Under the pieces are notes generated by a model, which was not told the origin of the DNA, did no database searches, and saw only the letters and a list, made by a program, of their open reading frames with translations. A stretch of 64,000 bases of DNA from Euryarchaeota archaeon UBA462. GTDB lineage: Archaea; Thermoplasmatota; Poseidoniia; Poseidoniales; Thalassarchaeaceae. The position numbers and the translations under genes are program-made. Location of the stretch: assembly GCA_002506755.1 (NCBI GenBank), contig DAYD01000001.1, forward strand, positions 8,768 to 72,767. Reading direction: 5' to 3'. Shown piece by piece: positions 1 through 9,007 of this stretch (position 1 is the stretch's first letter; every line of letters starts with the position of its first letter).

Positions 1-90
1 GTAGATTAAGCCTAATTCTGTCACTGTTAATTTCATTTCAGGATCCTCAACCTCAGATAGGGAATCCATGACTTCTCTGTCTGATACCAT
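1..90 (-). CDS. DUF59/SufT-like Fe-S cluster assembly protein (5' part only, runs off the window)
   Basis: Manual translation MVSDREVMDSLSEVEDPEMKLTVTELGLIY matches the DUF59 V-x-DPE...LGLIY motif; directly downstream of sufS-sufE. Confidence 0.8.
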   Translation of the reverse strand, partial: MVSDREVMDSLSEVEDPEMKLTVTELGLIY

Positions 91-91
91 G

Positions 92-538
92 TTATCCCCC
101 AGAAAGTAGTGATGCCTCTTCCTTCACTCTCTTGAACATATTCAAGAAACCGTTAGCCCTACTTGGGGTCAGAGATGAACGGATTCCCATCTCATCCGCA
201 AATAGGGGGGAAAGGGAGGAGGCCTCTTTTGGATCCATGCCATTAACTGCAATGGCGGTTATTGCGATCAGACCTTGAACAATTTGAGCGTCTGCGCCAC
301 CATAAAGCTTCAGCTTCCCTTCTTGGTCGAGTCTACACTCAACATGGGCTCTCGACTGGCAGCCGTGGACTTGATTACTAGAATCCCATTCATCGGGCGA
401 TAAGGGAGTAGGATTCCTTTTCGCGTACTGGAATAGAAGCTCGTACCTCTCCATGGAATCAAAGCAAGATGAGAACTCCTCGACAATAGAGTCTAGATGT
501 TCTGGCCAGTTTCTGTTCCCATTCATCTTTCTTAACAC
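92..538 (-). CDS. sufE: SufE family sulfur-acceptor protein
   Basis: VHGCQS motif with acceptor Cys, ADAQIVQG, LTPSRANG; adjacent to sufS; start may be ATG at 526. Confidence 0.9.
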   Translation of the reverse strand: MLRKMNGNRNWPEHLDSIVEEFSSCFDSMERYELLFQYAKRNPTPLSPDEWDSSNQVHGCQSRAHVECRLDQEGKLKLYGGADAQIVQGLIAITAIAVNGMDPKEASSLSPLFADEMGIRSSLTPSRANGFLNMFKRVKEEASLLSGG

Positions 539-553
539 CCTCTGATTTCCTCA

Positions 554-1786
554 TTAGGAGGTTGAGAACCTCTCAACTACGTAACTTAGATGTTCAACGA
601 AAGACTCGGCTTCTTCCATTGTGTTGTATATCCAGAAAGATGCCCTGTTAGTTGATGGCACTCCTAGGGCGTCCATAAGTGGCTGGGCACAGTGATGCCC
701 GGTTCTGACTGCGAAACCCCCTTCGTCTAGCAATATTGAGAGGTCTTGGGACTGAATCGAATCATGGAGAAAAGAAACTGCCCCGCTACTATCTTGCCTA
801 GTGGGATCCCCATAAACGGTAATTCCATCAATTTCCGAGATTTTTTCAGCTGTCCAAGATGCGATTTTGTTGATGTGGGAATGGACTTGGACCATATCGA
901 ATTTATCCAACCAGTCAACTGCAGCACCCCAACCTATTGCTTCAGCTATTCTAGGGGTACCAGTCTCAAACATAGCGTGCCCCTCTTGAAAAGTTGACCC
1001 GTTTGTACTCACAGTCTTAATCATCGACCCACCAGTCATAAATGGGCCCATCTGGTCCATAGCGTCCTTTTTCACCAGAAGACACCCAATTCCTGTTGGA
1101 CCTCCCATTTTGTGGGCCGAAACGGCTACGAAGTCAACTCCGGAGTCGTCAAAGTTAATTCTCTCGTGAGGTGCTCCTTGAGCGCAGTCAAGCAGTACTC
1201 TAGCGTTGTTGGAATGGGATATCTCAACTATCCTTTCTATTGGGTTTCTGATACCAAGAACATTGCTGGTATGGACTACGCATACTAGAGCCGCTCCCTC
1301 TACTGCGACCTCAAACGCCTGCATGTCCAAAGTGAACGAATTGGTGTCTATTGGCACGTATCTGACTTCTATTCCTTTCTCCTTAGAGAGCTGCTGCCAT
1401 GGAACAATATCTGCATGGTGCTCCATTTCAGTTATGACTACTACGTCATCCTCCTCTAGATTCTCTCTCGCCCAACCGAATGAAACCAGATTTATGGCCT
1501 CAGTTGCTCCGCTAGTGTAAATCATCTGATCAGGCGAAGTGCCAAAATAGGAGGAAATTGAGTTTCTCGCTTCCTCTAGGGCAGTAGTAGCTTCATCGGC
1601 TAAAGTATGGTTTGCACGATGGGCATTCGAATTATACTCGCTATAGTATTCCGACATAGCGTCAATCACACACTGCGGTTTTTGGGAAGTAGCTGCGTTG
1701 TCAAAGTACACTAATTTCTTTCCATTTGGAAGACGTCTGTTCAAAATAGGAAAGTCGTCCCTAATGGATTCGATATCAAGAGCCAT
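554..1786 (-). CDS. sufS: SufS-type (group II) cysteine desulfurase
   Basis: YFDNAATSQKP, EHHA, SAHKM (PLP Lys), RTGHHCAQPL catalytic Cys motif. Confidence 0.95.
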   Translation of the reverse strand: MALDIESIRDDFPILNRRLPNGKKLVYFDNAATSQKPQCVIDAMSEYYSEYNSNAHRANHTLADEATTALEEARNSISSYFGTSPDQMIYTSGATEAINLVSFGWARENLEEDDVVVITEMEHHADIVPWQQLSKEKGIEVRYVPIDTNSFTLDMQAFEVAVEGAALVCVVHTSNVLGIRNPIERIVEISHSNNARVLLDCAQGAPHERINFDDSGVDFVAVSAHKMGGPTGIGCLLVKKDAMDQMGPFMTGGSMIKTVSTNGSTFQEGHAMFETGTPRIAEAIGWGAAVDWLDKFDMVQVHSHINKIASWTAEKISEIDGITVYGDPTRQDSSGAVSFLHDSIQSQDLSILLDEGGFAVRTGHHCAQPLMDALGVPSTNRASFWIYNTMEEAESFVEHLSYVVERFSTS

Positions 1787-1904
1787 ATCAATCAGTATTC
1801 CTACGGATAAAGTACTCCTCTATGAATTCGCGTACTGGAAAATATAGCAAATTATTCTACTTCATGGAGGACATTTATGTCTAGAGACCTAGTTGGGAGG
1901 CCCG

Positions 1905-2354
1905 ATGGTGGACTCAAGTGGTCAAGACATAGTCGAATCGCTCGGAAAACGTGATTTGAACCTAGATGGTTCTGTGATTAATTTAGCCGTAGTCGGGAGT
2001 AGCAGATTCTATGACTTTGAAATATTCGAGGAGGAAATAGAAAAATGGGTTGAAGAGAATGGCTATCCCGACTTGATAATCGTGGGAGGGGCAAGTGGCG
2101 TGGATTACATGGCTGAGAGATGGGCGGACAATAATTCAATTGCAATTGCAGTCTTTTCGGAGGAGTGGGACGACCCCACCAGAGGCTTGCTAGACAAGGG
2201 CAGAGGAGAGGCCCCCAACACACTGACAGAGAAGATTATTCAGTCATGCAGTCACATTCTTGCCCTTCCTTCTGCAACAAGCAAATGGACGAGAGTAGTT
2301 ATCGAAAAGGCCAATCACGAAGGTATACCAATTGAGGTGTGTGAAGTCGATTAG
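1905..2354 (+). CDS. SLOG-superfamily (YspA/DUF2493-like) protein
   Basis: LAVVGSSRF...IIVGGASGVDYMAERWA pattern; GGAGG before ATG 1905. Confidence 0.65.
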   Translation: MVDSSGQDIVESLGKRDLNLDGSVINLAVVGSSRFYDFEIFEEEIEKWVEENGYPDLIIVGGASGVDYMAERWADNNSIAIAVFSEEWDDPTRGLLDKGRGEAPNTLTEKIIQSCSHILALPSATSKWTRVVIEKANHEGIPIEVCEVD

Positions 2355-2432
2355 TGGTGCTCGTGCCGGGATTTGAACCCGGGTCGCCGCCTCGAAAGGG
2401 CGGCATGATGGACCGAACTACACCACACGAGC
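2355..2432 (-). tRNA. tRNA-Glu(TTC)
   Basis: Reverse complement GCTCGTG...CCGCC-CT-TTC-GA-GGCGG...GGTTCAAATCC...CACGAGC-A-CCA folds as a cloverleaf; CCA encoded; no intron. Confidence 0.97.
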
Positions 2433-2472
2433 GACAAAATTCCGAGAGGAGGCCTTCTCATAATTAGTTCTA

Positions 2473-3090
2473 TCACGAAGAGTGTTCTATGGACTTATCC
2501 AGCCCATTCCACCATGAGCTGATTGGTATGAAAATTGCAATTGACAATATGCCGGCTGCGACCCAAAATATCGGATTCTCGAGCATTTGGATAAATTCAT
2601 CCCCCCATAGGCCAACGATCATTACCTCCAATCCGAATCTTATTCCCCTCCCCAAAAATCCTGCAAAAAGGAAGGTCTTGATATCCATTCTCCCAGCTCC
2701 GGCGGTCCAAGCTAGTACCTTGTATGGTATTGGGGATAACGCAGCGATGAAAATTCCTGCATCGCCATATCTGCTTGTCAATTCTTCTAATTTCCTCGAT
2801 GTTTTTGGGCTAGAGAATTTATCCAATAATGGCCTGCCCCCATAAATCCCTATCGCATAACCCCCTAATGAGCCGAAAACACTGGATATAGTCGCGACCA
2901 AGAAAATTGCAATTAGGCCGGTATTGGTTTCAGCTTCGATTGACATGGGTATTACCATGAGGTCTGGTGGAACTGGTTGAAACGCTGCTTCGGTACTCGA
3001 AACTACGGCCAAGCCTAGCAGGCCGAACTCTTCTGCCCATTCCACTATGGGGTCGGTAAACCTCTCTAGCACGATTGACCGTCTGGCCAA
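2473..3090 (-). CDS. DedA/YqaA (VTT domain) membrane protein
   Basis: TEAAFQPVPPD, GSLGGYAIG, ALSPIPYKV, GRGIRF motifs; hydrophobic segments. Confidence 0.88.
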   Translation of the reverse strand: MARRSIVLERFTDPIVEWAEEFGLLGLAVVSSTEAAFQPVPPDLMVIPMSIEAETNTGLIAIFLVATISSVFGSLGGYAIGIYGGRPLLDKFSSPKTSRKLEELTSRYGDAGIFIAALSPIPYKVLAWTAGAGRMDIKTFLFAGFLGRGIRFGLEVMIVGLWGDEFIQMLENPIFWVAAGILSIAIFIPISSWWNGLDKSIEHSS

Positions 3091-3168
3091 ATCAAAATAA
3101 TCGTTACTAACGAAAAAATATCAAAAACAAGCCGCAGATTTCTATTTACTGGACTGGTTCGCGCCTTC

Positions 3169-3666
3169 GTGCAGACCGCCAAGGTACTCGACACTGCTGC
3201 TCTGATGAGTTGGCCACTGGTACAACTTCATGGAGGGGTGGCGGTAGAAGGACAAATCGAAGAAGTCAGGAGGTTGTCTGAGGCAAGACTGGTTGAAATT
3301 GATGCGGCAAATCTGAAATGGATGGAGCCATCGGAGATTTCTATTGAGAAAGCCACGAGTTTAGCTATTTCAAGCGGGGATTTGGCCGGTCTTTCAGAGG
3401 TTGACCTAAGACTTCTTGCGCTGACTTTAGAGAAAAACGCGAGGCTTCATACAGATGACTATCGACTTCAGAATATTTGTCAAATGGCCGGTTTAAGTTG
3501 GTCTTCTGTCGAACAATCAGGAATTTCCCAAGTTTGGTCTTGGGAAATTAGGTGTGAGGGGTGTGGAGAGGTTCACAAGCATTTGCAAGGAACTATCCCT
3601 GCAAGCAAGGAAATTGGGAGATGCAATAATTGTGGCTCTAGATTAAGTATGAAGAGGAAAAGATAG
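3169..3666 (+). CDS. nob1: NOB1-family PIN endonuclease with Zn ribbon
   Basis: VLDT, GDL..LSEVD..LLAL, TDDYRLQN; CxxC...CxxCG at C-terminus. Confidence 0.88.
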   Translation: MQTAKVLDTAALMSWPLVQLHGGVAVEGQIEEVRRLSEARLVEIDAANLKWMEPSEISIEKATSLAISSGDLAGLSEVDLRLLALTLEKNARLHTDDYRLQNICQMAGLSWSSVEQSGISQVWSWEIRCEGCGEVHKHLQGTIPASKEIGRCNNCGSRLSMKRKR

Positions 3667-3873
3667 TTATTCTTCCTCTGTAGCCATTTCTTCGGTTCTC
3701 CCGCCCCTGTCCATGTCCTCTATGGCCACCATCTCGGAGGCCTCTTTCATCCCTATCTGGAATTCCCCCTTTGCCCTACCGACACTTCTGGCTAACTGTG
3801 GAATTCTATTAGCCCCAAATAGAAATATGGCTATCACAACTAGAATGACGACTTCTGTAGAACCTATCGCCAT
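3667..3873 (-). CDS. tatA: Twin-arginine translocase subunit TatA
   Basis: N-terminal TM helix, LFG hinge, IPQLARSVGRAKGEF amphipathic helix. Confidence 0.92.
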   Translation of the reverse strand: MAIGSTEVVILVVIAIFLFGANRIPQLARSVGRAKGEFQIGMKEASEMVAIEDMDRGGRTEEMATEEE

Positions 3874-3928
3874 GCTATCGAGCCTATGAGGGGGGCAGAT
3901 GGTTCAAATGCTTCGGTTTAGATATCTC

Positions 3929-4192
3929 TTATCCACCTGAAACTGGTGGGAGGAGGGCAACCTCATTTCCATCTTCTAGAATGATTTCTTGATCATCAAT
4001 AATTTTTCCATCAATCGCTATCCTTAGACCCGAGGAAAGTACATCACGGAGCTCAAATCTTTCAACAAGGGATGAAGCGGTACAACCCTCATGAACCGCT
4101 ACTTCAATCTCTTTTGTTCCCATTTTTTCAGCCAATGGCCCGAAAACTAGTATCTTGAGTTTAATTGCCTTTTTTTTACTGCCTTCTCCCAT
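3929..4192 (-). CDS. MoaD/ThiS/SAMP ubiquitin-like sulfur carrier
   Basis: Beta-grasp pattern, C-terminal EVALLPPVSGG di-glycine; start uncertain (4192-4222). Confidence 0.88.
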   Translation of the reverse strand: MGEGSKKKAIKLKILVFGPLAEKMGTKEIEVAVHEGCTASSLVERFELRDVLSSGLRIAIDGKIIDDQEIILEDGNEVALLPPVSGG

Positions 4193-4252
4193 GACTAACT
4201 GGGGCATTGGGTAACAAATCAATCCACCTATCCAATTATTAGCCGCCGACAG

Positions 4253-4954
4253 ATGTCGACATGTATGGTTAGTGCGGTGGTTTTTGACTGCGATGGAGTA
4301 CTGACAGATAATGGATCATCATGGCAGAATATCCATAATAAATTCGGAACGATTTCGAATAAAGGCAGTGAGCATAGCAAGATGCTGGAGAAGTTTCTAG
4401 ATGGTGCAATTTCAGAGGAGGAATTTGTGGAATTCGATATTCGTCTCTGGAGGAGTGTCAAGCCGGATATTCACCGAGATGATATCATGAGGTGCTATAG
4501 CGGGGTGGAGCTGATGGAAGGTGCTAGGGAAGTTGTCGCGGAACTACAGAGCAGGGGCGTTTATGTCGCGATAGTCTCTTCTGGAGTGGATGTTTTTGTG
4601 GGAGCAATCGCCAGTATGCTGAAAGTTGACGATTGGGTCGCGAATGGTTTTGAATGGGATGATGATGGTTTTTTGATTAGGGGCCTCCCTACTAGAGTTC
4701 CAACACATAATAAGGGACTAATGATTGAGAAATTGGCCAGGATAAATGGATTTGAAATGAATGAGATTATCTCGGTTGGGGATTCCGGAACCGATTTATC
4801 GATGAAAGTAGAGGATTCAGCGTTCATTGGATTCAATCCCTCTAGGACTAGGGCATTGGAGGCATTTGAGGAAGCTGCTGTACCGATCGTAGAAGGTAAG
4901 GATCTTCGAATGATTTGGCCTTTAATTTACTCTGGCGAAAAACTGGCTGGCTAA
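4253..4954 (+). CDS. HAD-IB phosphatase, phosphoserine phosphatase-like
   Basis: FDCDGVL motif I, VSSG motif II, Lys motif III, VGDSGTD motif IV. Confidence 0.85.
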   Translation: MSTCMVSAVVFDCDGVLTDNGSSWQNIHNKFGTISNKGSEHSKMLEKFLDGAISEEEFVEFDIRLWRSVKPDIHRDDIMRCYSGVELMEGAREVVAELQSRGVYVAIVSSGVDVFVGAIASMLKVDDWVANGFEWDDDGFLIRGLPTRVPTHNKGLMIEKLARINGFEMNEIISVGDSGTDLSMKVEDSAFIGFNPSRTRALEAFEEAAVPIVEGKDLRMIWPLIYSGEKLAG

Positions 4955-6567
4955 GCAAAGTGAACTGATTCCGTAGCGTAAGTGTGGAGATTAACTATTG
5001 TAAGGATACACGGCTTAGGCTTGAAACCGAGCATTCTTTGGAAATCCGTTTGATCCTGCCATGTCGAACTGTGAATCATCAGAGTACCTTTGTGATCGCC
5101 CACATAATGGCCGTGTACGTGTCCTGTTACGAATATATCCGGAACTACAGGGATAACTAGTCGATCTTCTGGCTCAGGAGATAGAGGGGTCTTACCACCC
5201 CATGATGGCGCTAGGTGCCTTCTCTCCAGCATAGCCCTCATAGCCATCTCAGGCTTAGAATAGCTCACGGAACGAAGAGTCGCCACGAAGTCATCGATGC
5301 TCTTCCCGTGGTATGAAAGAATCCTCACCCCATGCAAACTGAAATCACAGGGATTTCCAACGAAAACAGTATTTGAGTAATCTTGTTGAACTTCGGGGTC
5401 CAAAGCAGGTTGAGGTTCCGCTGGCCGGACTGCATCATGGTTTCCAGGAAGCATAACTACATCCACCCATTCGGGAAGATCTTCCAGCAGCCTCGCCAAT
5501 TCCCCATATTGCTTGAATAGATCCTTAATTGTTAGATGCCTGTCCTGACCGGGATAAATTCCTACGCCATCCACACCATCCCCACTTAGAACAAAATACT
5601 TCACTGTCCTAGCCAAAGGGTCATTATTGAACCAATATATCATCTTCTCCCATTGTGCATGGAGGAAAGTCTTGCTACCAAAATGTACATCGGAAAGGAA
5701 TGCCGCTGAAACTGCAAAATCCTCACCTGATTGAGATTTGGAGTGAGAAGTTAGAGGAGGTTTATGGATGTCATCAACCCAGAAAATTGGATCTCTTTCT
5801 CCGGATGAGAACCTCCCTGTCACCCCTATTATCTCATCATCCATTAGGCCGTCAAGTGATGGATGGAGCGGGTGGGCATCCGAAGGAGGTTTGATCATAC
5901 ATGAAATCTGAGTACTCTCGTCTTCTAGGACAAATCTCATGTAGCCATTTCTTGTCCAATTTACCTCACTTGCAAGGCCAACAATTGTTATCTCAAAATC
6001 CCTAGAATTGTACCTTCTCCTATTCTTCCATGCCTCTGAATTACTAATTGGCCTCCTAGGGAGTGCCCCGTTAGAAAGCATCATTTCTCTGATCTGGGAA
6101 AGCCGACTTCTGAAGCAAGACTGCATATCGGTAATCTTACCCTCAGTGGAAGAGTTTCCTGTTATGTCGAAATGTATCGAGATGTCCGAATCAATCTCTT
6201 TAGCTTCCAAGGGGAAATCTTCTCTAGAAAATCCCGAAGAATGGCGAGATATGGGTAGCGGAGGAGGAGTTGTCGATCCTACTGGGGCCAGAATTCTTCC
6301 AATTGGGGGTTCGGATTTTGATTTTGACAGAGTAGACTGCGATAGATATTTTTTCCCATTAGAAGAATCATCAATTTCATGGGATACAATAGACATTAGT
6401 TCTTCGACAGTGTTTCCATCGAGAAGTCTGACTCCAGAGGAATTAGCCGCCTCTATCAATGGAATGAGGCTTTGGAGTTTCTCGATCTTTGGAAGCGCGC
6501 TAGTCTGGACAATGAGTCCTGCTTCAGTCAGCTCCTTGTGCCTCAACTGCCAATCTGAGGAGCTCAT
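4951..6567 (-). CDS. DNA polymerase D small (exonuclease) subunit DP1
   Basis: OB fold plus calcineurin-like motifs SDVHFGS, GDGVDGVGIYPGQ, PGNHDAVRPAEPQP, YHG, RRHLAP, GHVH. Confidence 0.95.
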   Translation of the reverse strand: MSSSDWQLRHKELTEAGLIVQTSALPKIEKLQSLIPLIEAANSSGVRLLDGNTVEELMSIVSHEIDDSSNGKKYLSQSTLSKSKSEPPIGRILAPVGSTTPPPLPISRHSSGFSREDFPLEAKEIDSDISIHFDITGNSSTEGKITDMQSCFRSRLSQIREMMLSNGALPRRPISNSEAWKNRRRYNSRDFEITIVGLASEVNWTRNGYMRFVLEDESTQISCMIKPPSDAHPLHPSLDGLMDDEIIGVTGRFSSGERDPIFWVDDIHKPPLTSHSKSQSGEDFAVSAAFLSDVHFGSKTFLHAQWEKMIYWFNNDPLARTVKYFVLSGDGVDGVGIYPGQDRHLTIKDLFKQYGELARLLEDLPEWVDVVMLPGNHDAVRPAEPQPALDPEVQQDYSNTVFVGNPCDFSLHGVRILSYHGKSIDDFVATLRSVSYSKPEMAMRAMLERRHLAPSWGGKTPLSPEPEDRLVIPVVPDIFVTGHVHGHYVGDHKGTLMIHSSTWQDQTDFQRMLGFKPKPCILTIVNLHTYATESVHFA

Positions 6568-6628
6568 GCGATCATTGTGAATCGTGGACGCCCTTGATGG
6601 TATCGATAGGAAAATTTTGAGAATTTGG

Positions 6629-7315
6629 CTACTCTTCCCAGTCTGTCAAGGAAGCAAGATCGATCTTATTCAATGACTCTGAAACTGTTCTCTTTTCCGA
6701 GCCCCATACAACTGCGCCCTCCCATTCTTCTACCCCGTGGCGATTTCCATCCCCCGAGTCTTCTAACTCTACAATTTTCGGATTACCGCTCAATGAGGCT
6801 TCCTCCTTTCCTTCCCCCTCCACCCTATCAATGGCTTCGATTGCTAATCTCATCGCAAAGGCAGAAAATGATCTTTTGTTGTCCAATCTATCATTATCAC
6901 CGAAATCCATCCTTCTTACCAAAAAATAGTCCTCAGCGATTACAGCAACGTGGACCCTCCCTACCTCTTTGTCATCAGAAGCTCCACGGGGTCCAGCGAT
7001 TCCAGTCACCGCTATGGAGACGTCGGAACCGGACTTGTAGCGTGCACCTCTAGCCATCTGAACTGCTACTTTGTGAGAAACTGCACCGTAACTATCCTCG
7101 TCAAACGCTGACTTTTCCACTCCCAGCTCCCTCATCTTTGATTCATTCGAGTACACTATCCATCCTTGTTTGAACCACTTGCTGGCCCCTGACATATCTG
7201 TTAGGCATGAAGCGATAAGTCCTCCAGTACAAGACTCTGCTGTAGAGATAGTCCAGCCCCTCTTGGTTAGACGATGTTTGAGCCTAGATGCAAGTGCAGC
7301 TGCCTCTTCAACCAC
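6629..7315 (-). CDS. CinA C-terminal domain / NMN amidohydrolase (PncC-like)
   Basis: TAESCTGGLIA, GAS, VYSNESK, GAVS, TGIAGP motifs; acidic C-terminal extension. Confidence 0.9.
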   Translation of the reverse strand: MVEEAAALASRLKHRLTKRGWTISTAESCTGGLIASCLTDMSGASKWFKQGWIVYSNESKMRELGVEKSAFDEDSYGAVSHKVAVQMARGARYKSGSDVSIAVTGIAGPRGASDDKEVGRVHVAVIAEDYFLVRRMDFGDNDRLDNKRSFSAFAMRLAIEAIDRVEGEGKEEASLSGNPKIVELEDSGDGNRHGVEEWEGAVVWGSEKRTVSESLNKIDLASLTDWEE

Positions 7316-7392
7316 ATTTTTCCTGTAATAGACCCCATTATTGACCTTTTCAGTCGGAGACTGCAGAAAAAAATTCTACAATTAGCTAATAC

Positions 7393-7468
7393 TGGTGGGT
7401 CCGGCAGGAATTGAACCTGCGATCTTCGCTTTGTAAGAGCGACGTCATAACCCCTAGACCACGGACCC
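7393..7468 (-). tRNA. tRNA-Val(TAC)
   Basis: Reverse complement GGGTCCG...TCGCT-CT-TAC-AA-AGCGA...GGTTCAATTCC...CGGACCC-A-CCA; CCA encoded. Confidence 0.97.
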
Positions 7469-7543
7469 CGGGAGGTCGGAGGAGCAATGCATTCAAATCC
7501 TCTATGGTTATTTAGCTCAAACGAGGGCGTTAGAATGCGGCAC

Positions 7544-8524
7544 ATGTCCGATCTCATCAGGAGGCTAAAAGATGCCGGAATACCCTTCAACGATTCGATT
7601 AAATCTGCTATGGAAGAAATTGACCCATCATTTTTCACCGACTATGATTTAGATCCCTATTACCAAGATAAGCCGGTTCCATTCCTTTACACTGATTTCG
7701 GAACAACAAGGACCATATCAGCCCCACATATGATTGCGACATTGCTACATCACCTCGAGGTGTTTGTTGGGCAACATGTACTGCTCATAGGATCGAAAGG
7801 TGGCTATCTCTCAGCCATAATCGATAGAATCGTCGGACCCGAAGGAATAGTCACAATTATCGAGCCACATGATGAGGTAAGAATTCATACTGAGGAAAGG
7901 CTGGAATCCCATAACGCAGCGGGGCTGATTAGGGTTATACGGCCGGATGATCTCGGAAATGAAAATAAAATGATTAGCCGAATTGATAGGGTGCTGATCA
8001 CAGGATCGGTTAGGGAAATACCAGAATCTGTTGAGCCGCTAGTTCTAGATGGTGGATTCGTTCTCGGGCCGTTTGGGGGACCGGTTCACCAAAGACTTCT
8101 GAAGAAGGAGAAGCAAGGGGAAGAATGGATGGACACCGATCTTGGAGGTGTTGTCTTTGGTCCAATGGATGCAGGAGAATCAGAAACGGGACCTCTAGAT
8201 CCTAACTCCTTGGCGAACCACATTGAAGATGCCTTGGACTTAGTTGGTGGGCTAATTGAGATAGAAGAGAGCACCTTAGTTAGAGTAATTGATTTGATTG
8301 CTGCCCTCAGGGATATGCCTCCGGATATGCCAGAAATCGACGAGGGGTCTAGTGAAGAGGAAATTATGGAGCACCCAGTTGTAGACCTATTGATGTCTGA
8401 AATAGACTGGTTAGGACCATTATGGCCCCTATTCAGCGATTACCTCTCGGTAGACATTTTGAGCCCTGGATCAACAGAAGAGGATTTGGGGATGTTTGGA
8501 GGGCATGAGGACTTGGTCCCTTGA
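7544..8524 (+). CDS. pcm: Protein-L-isoaspartate O-methyltransferase-like protein with acidic C-terminal extension
   Basis: TISAPHM pre-I motif, degenerate motif I LLIGSKGGY, DRVLITG, GGFVLGP, VVFGPM; start set at MSDLIRR. Confidence 0.75.
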   Translation: MSDLIRRLKDAGIPFNDSIKSAMEEIDPSFFTDYDLDPYYQDKPVPFLYTDFGTTRTISAPHMIATLLHHLEVFVGQHVLLIGSKGGYLSAIIDRIVGPEGIVTIIEPHDEVRIHTEERLESHNAAGLIRVIRPDDLGNENKMISRIDRVLITGSVREIPESVEPLVLDGGFVLGPFGGPVHQRLLKKEKQGEEWMDTDLGGVVFGPMDAGESETGPLDPNSLANHIEDALDLVGGLIEIEESTLVRVIDLIAALRDMPPDMPEIDEGSSEEEIMEHPVVDLLMSEIDWLGPLWPLFSDYLSVDILSPGSTEEDLGMFGGHEDLVP

Positions 8525-8528
8525 TGTT

Positions 8529-8942
8529 CTAGTTATTGACTGCAGGCAACAACAACCTAGTCAATGGGACCGATATTGGTGGTAGGTGATCTGAGAGCCG
8601 GTGCCTACTGGTCTTGGGACTAAATAAGGCACCATTTAGGCCAGCCTCCACGACCTCCCCCTTAGTTAGGGAATCCCTACCACAGTTTGGCCAAACATCC
8701 AATTCGACCGTCTCATCGCCGAAATAGTCAACCAGAACACATGGCAGGCATTGCAGATTTAGCCTTATTGAGACTTGGTGTCTGTGATGGCCATCGAGAA
8801 TAACTCCTGTGTTTTTATCCACAACCAATGGAAGGACATATGCCTTCCACCTATTCGTCATTTTCTCCAACTCGTCTACCTTCTTGGAGATGGTTTGCTC
8901 ATGAGGGCGAAGAATTTCTATGGGCACCAATTCTACCTTCAC
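8529..8942 (-). CDS. ParB/Srx-fold protein, SerK (free serine kinase)-like, short form
   Basis: LRPHEQ, ILDGHHR, VDYF, TKxEV...FSPKTSRH motifs shared with archaeal SerK. Confidence 0.75.
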   Translation of the reverse strand: MKVELVPIEILRPHEQTISKKVDELEKMTNRWKAYVLPLVVDKNTGVILDGHHRHQVSIRLNLQCLPCVLVDYFGDETVELDVWPNCGRDSLTKGEVVEAGLNGALFSPKTSRHRLSDHLPPISVPLTRLLLPAVNN

Positions 8943-9007
8943 AGGACTCGCAGAAGCCGTGACTCAATATATCTGCTCCTTTGTAACTAAGAATAAGGGG
9001 GTCGGAG

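Noticed and set aside
6008-6580. Long antisense ORFs (this one, 14125-14628, 29135-29683, 34516-35106, 49194-49766, 60213-60797 and others)
   Set aside because: Shadow frames of well-supported genes; Ser/Pro/Ile-rich composition typical of antisense translation
7267-7638. 123-aa minus-strand ORF
   Set aside because: Overlaps tRNA-Val and the pcm start; spurious translation
8529-8942. ParB as a chromosome/plasmid partition gene
   Set aside because: No HTH domain, no parA or parS nearby; motifs fit the SerK/Srx branch
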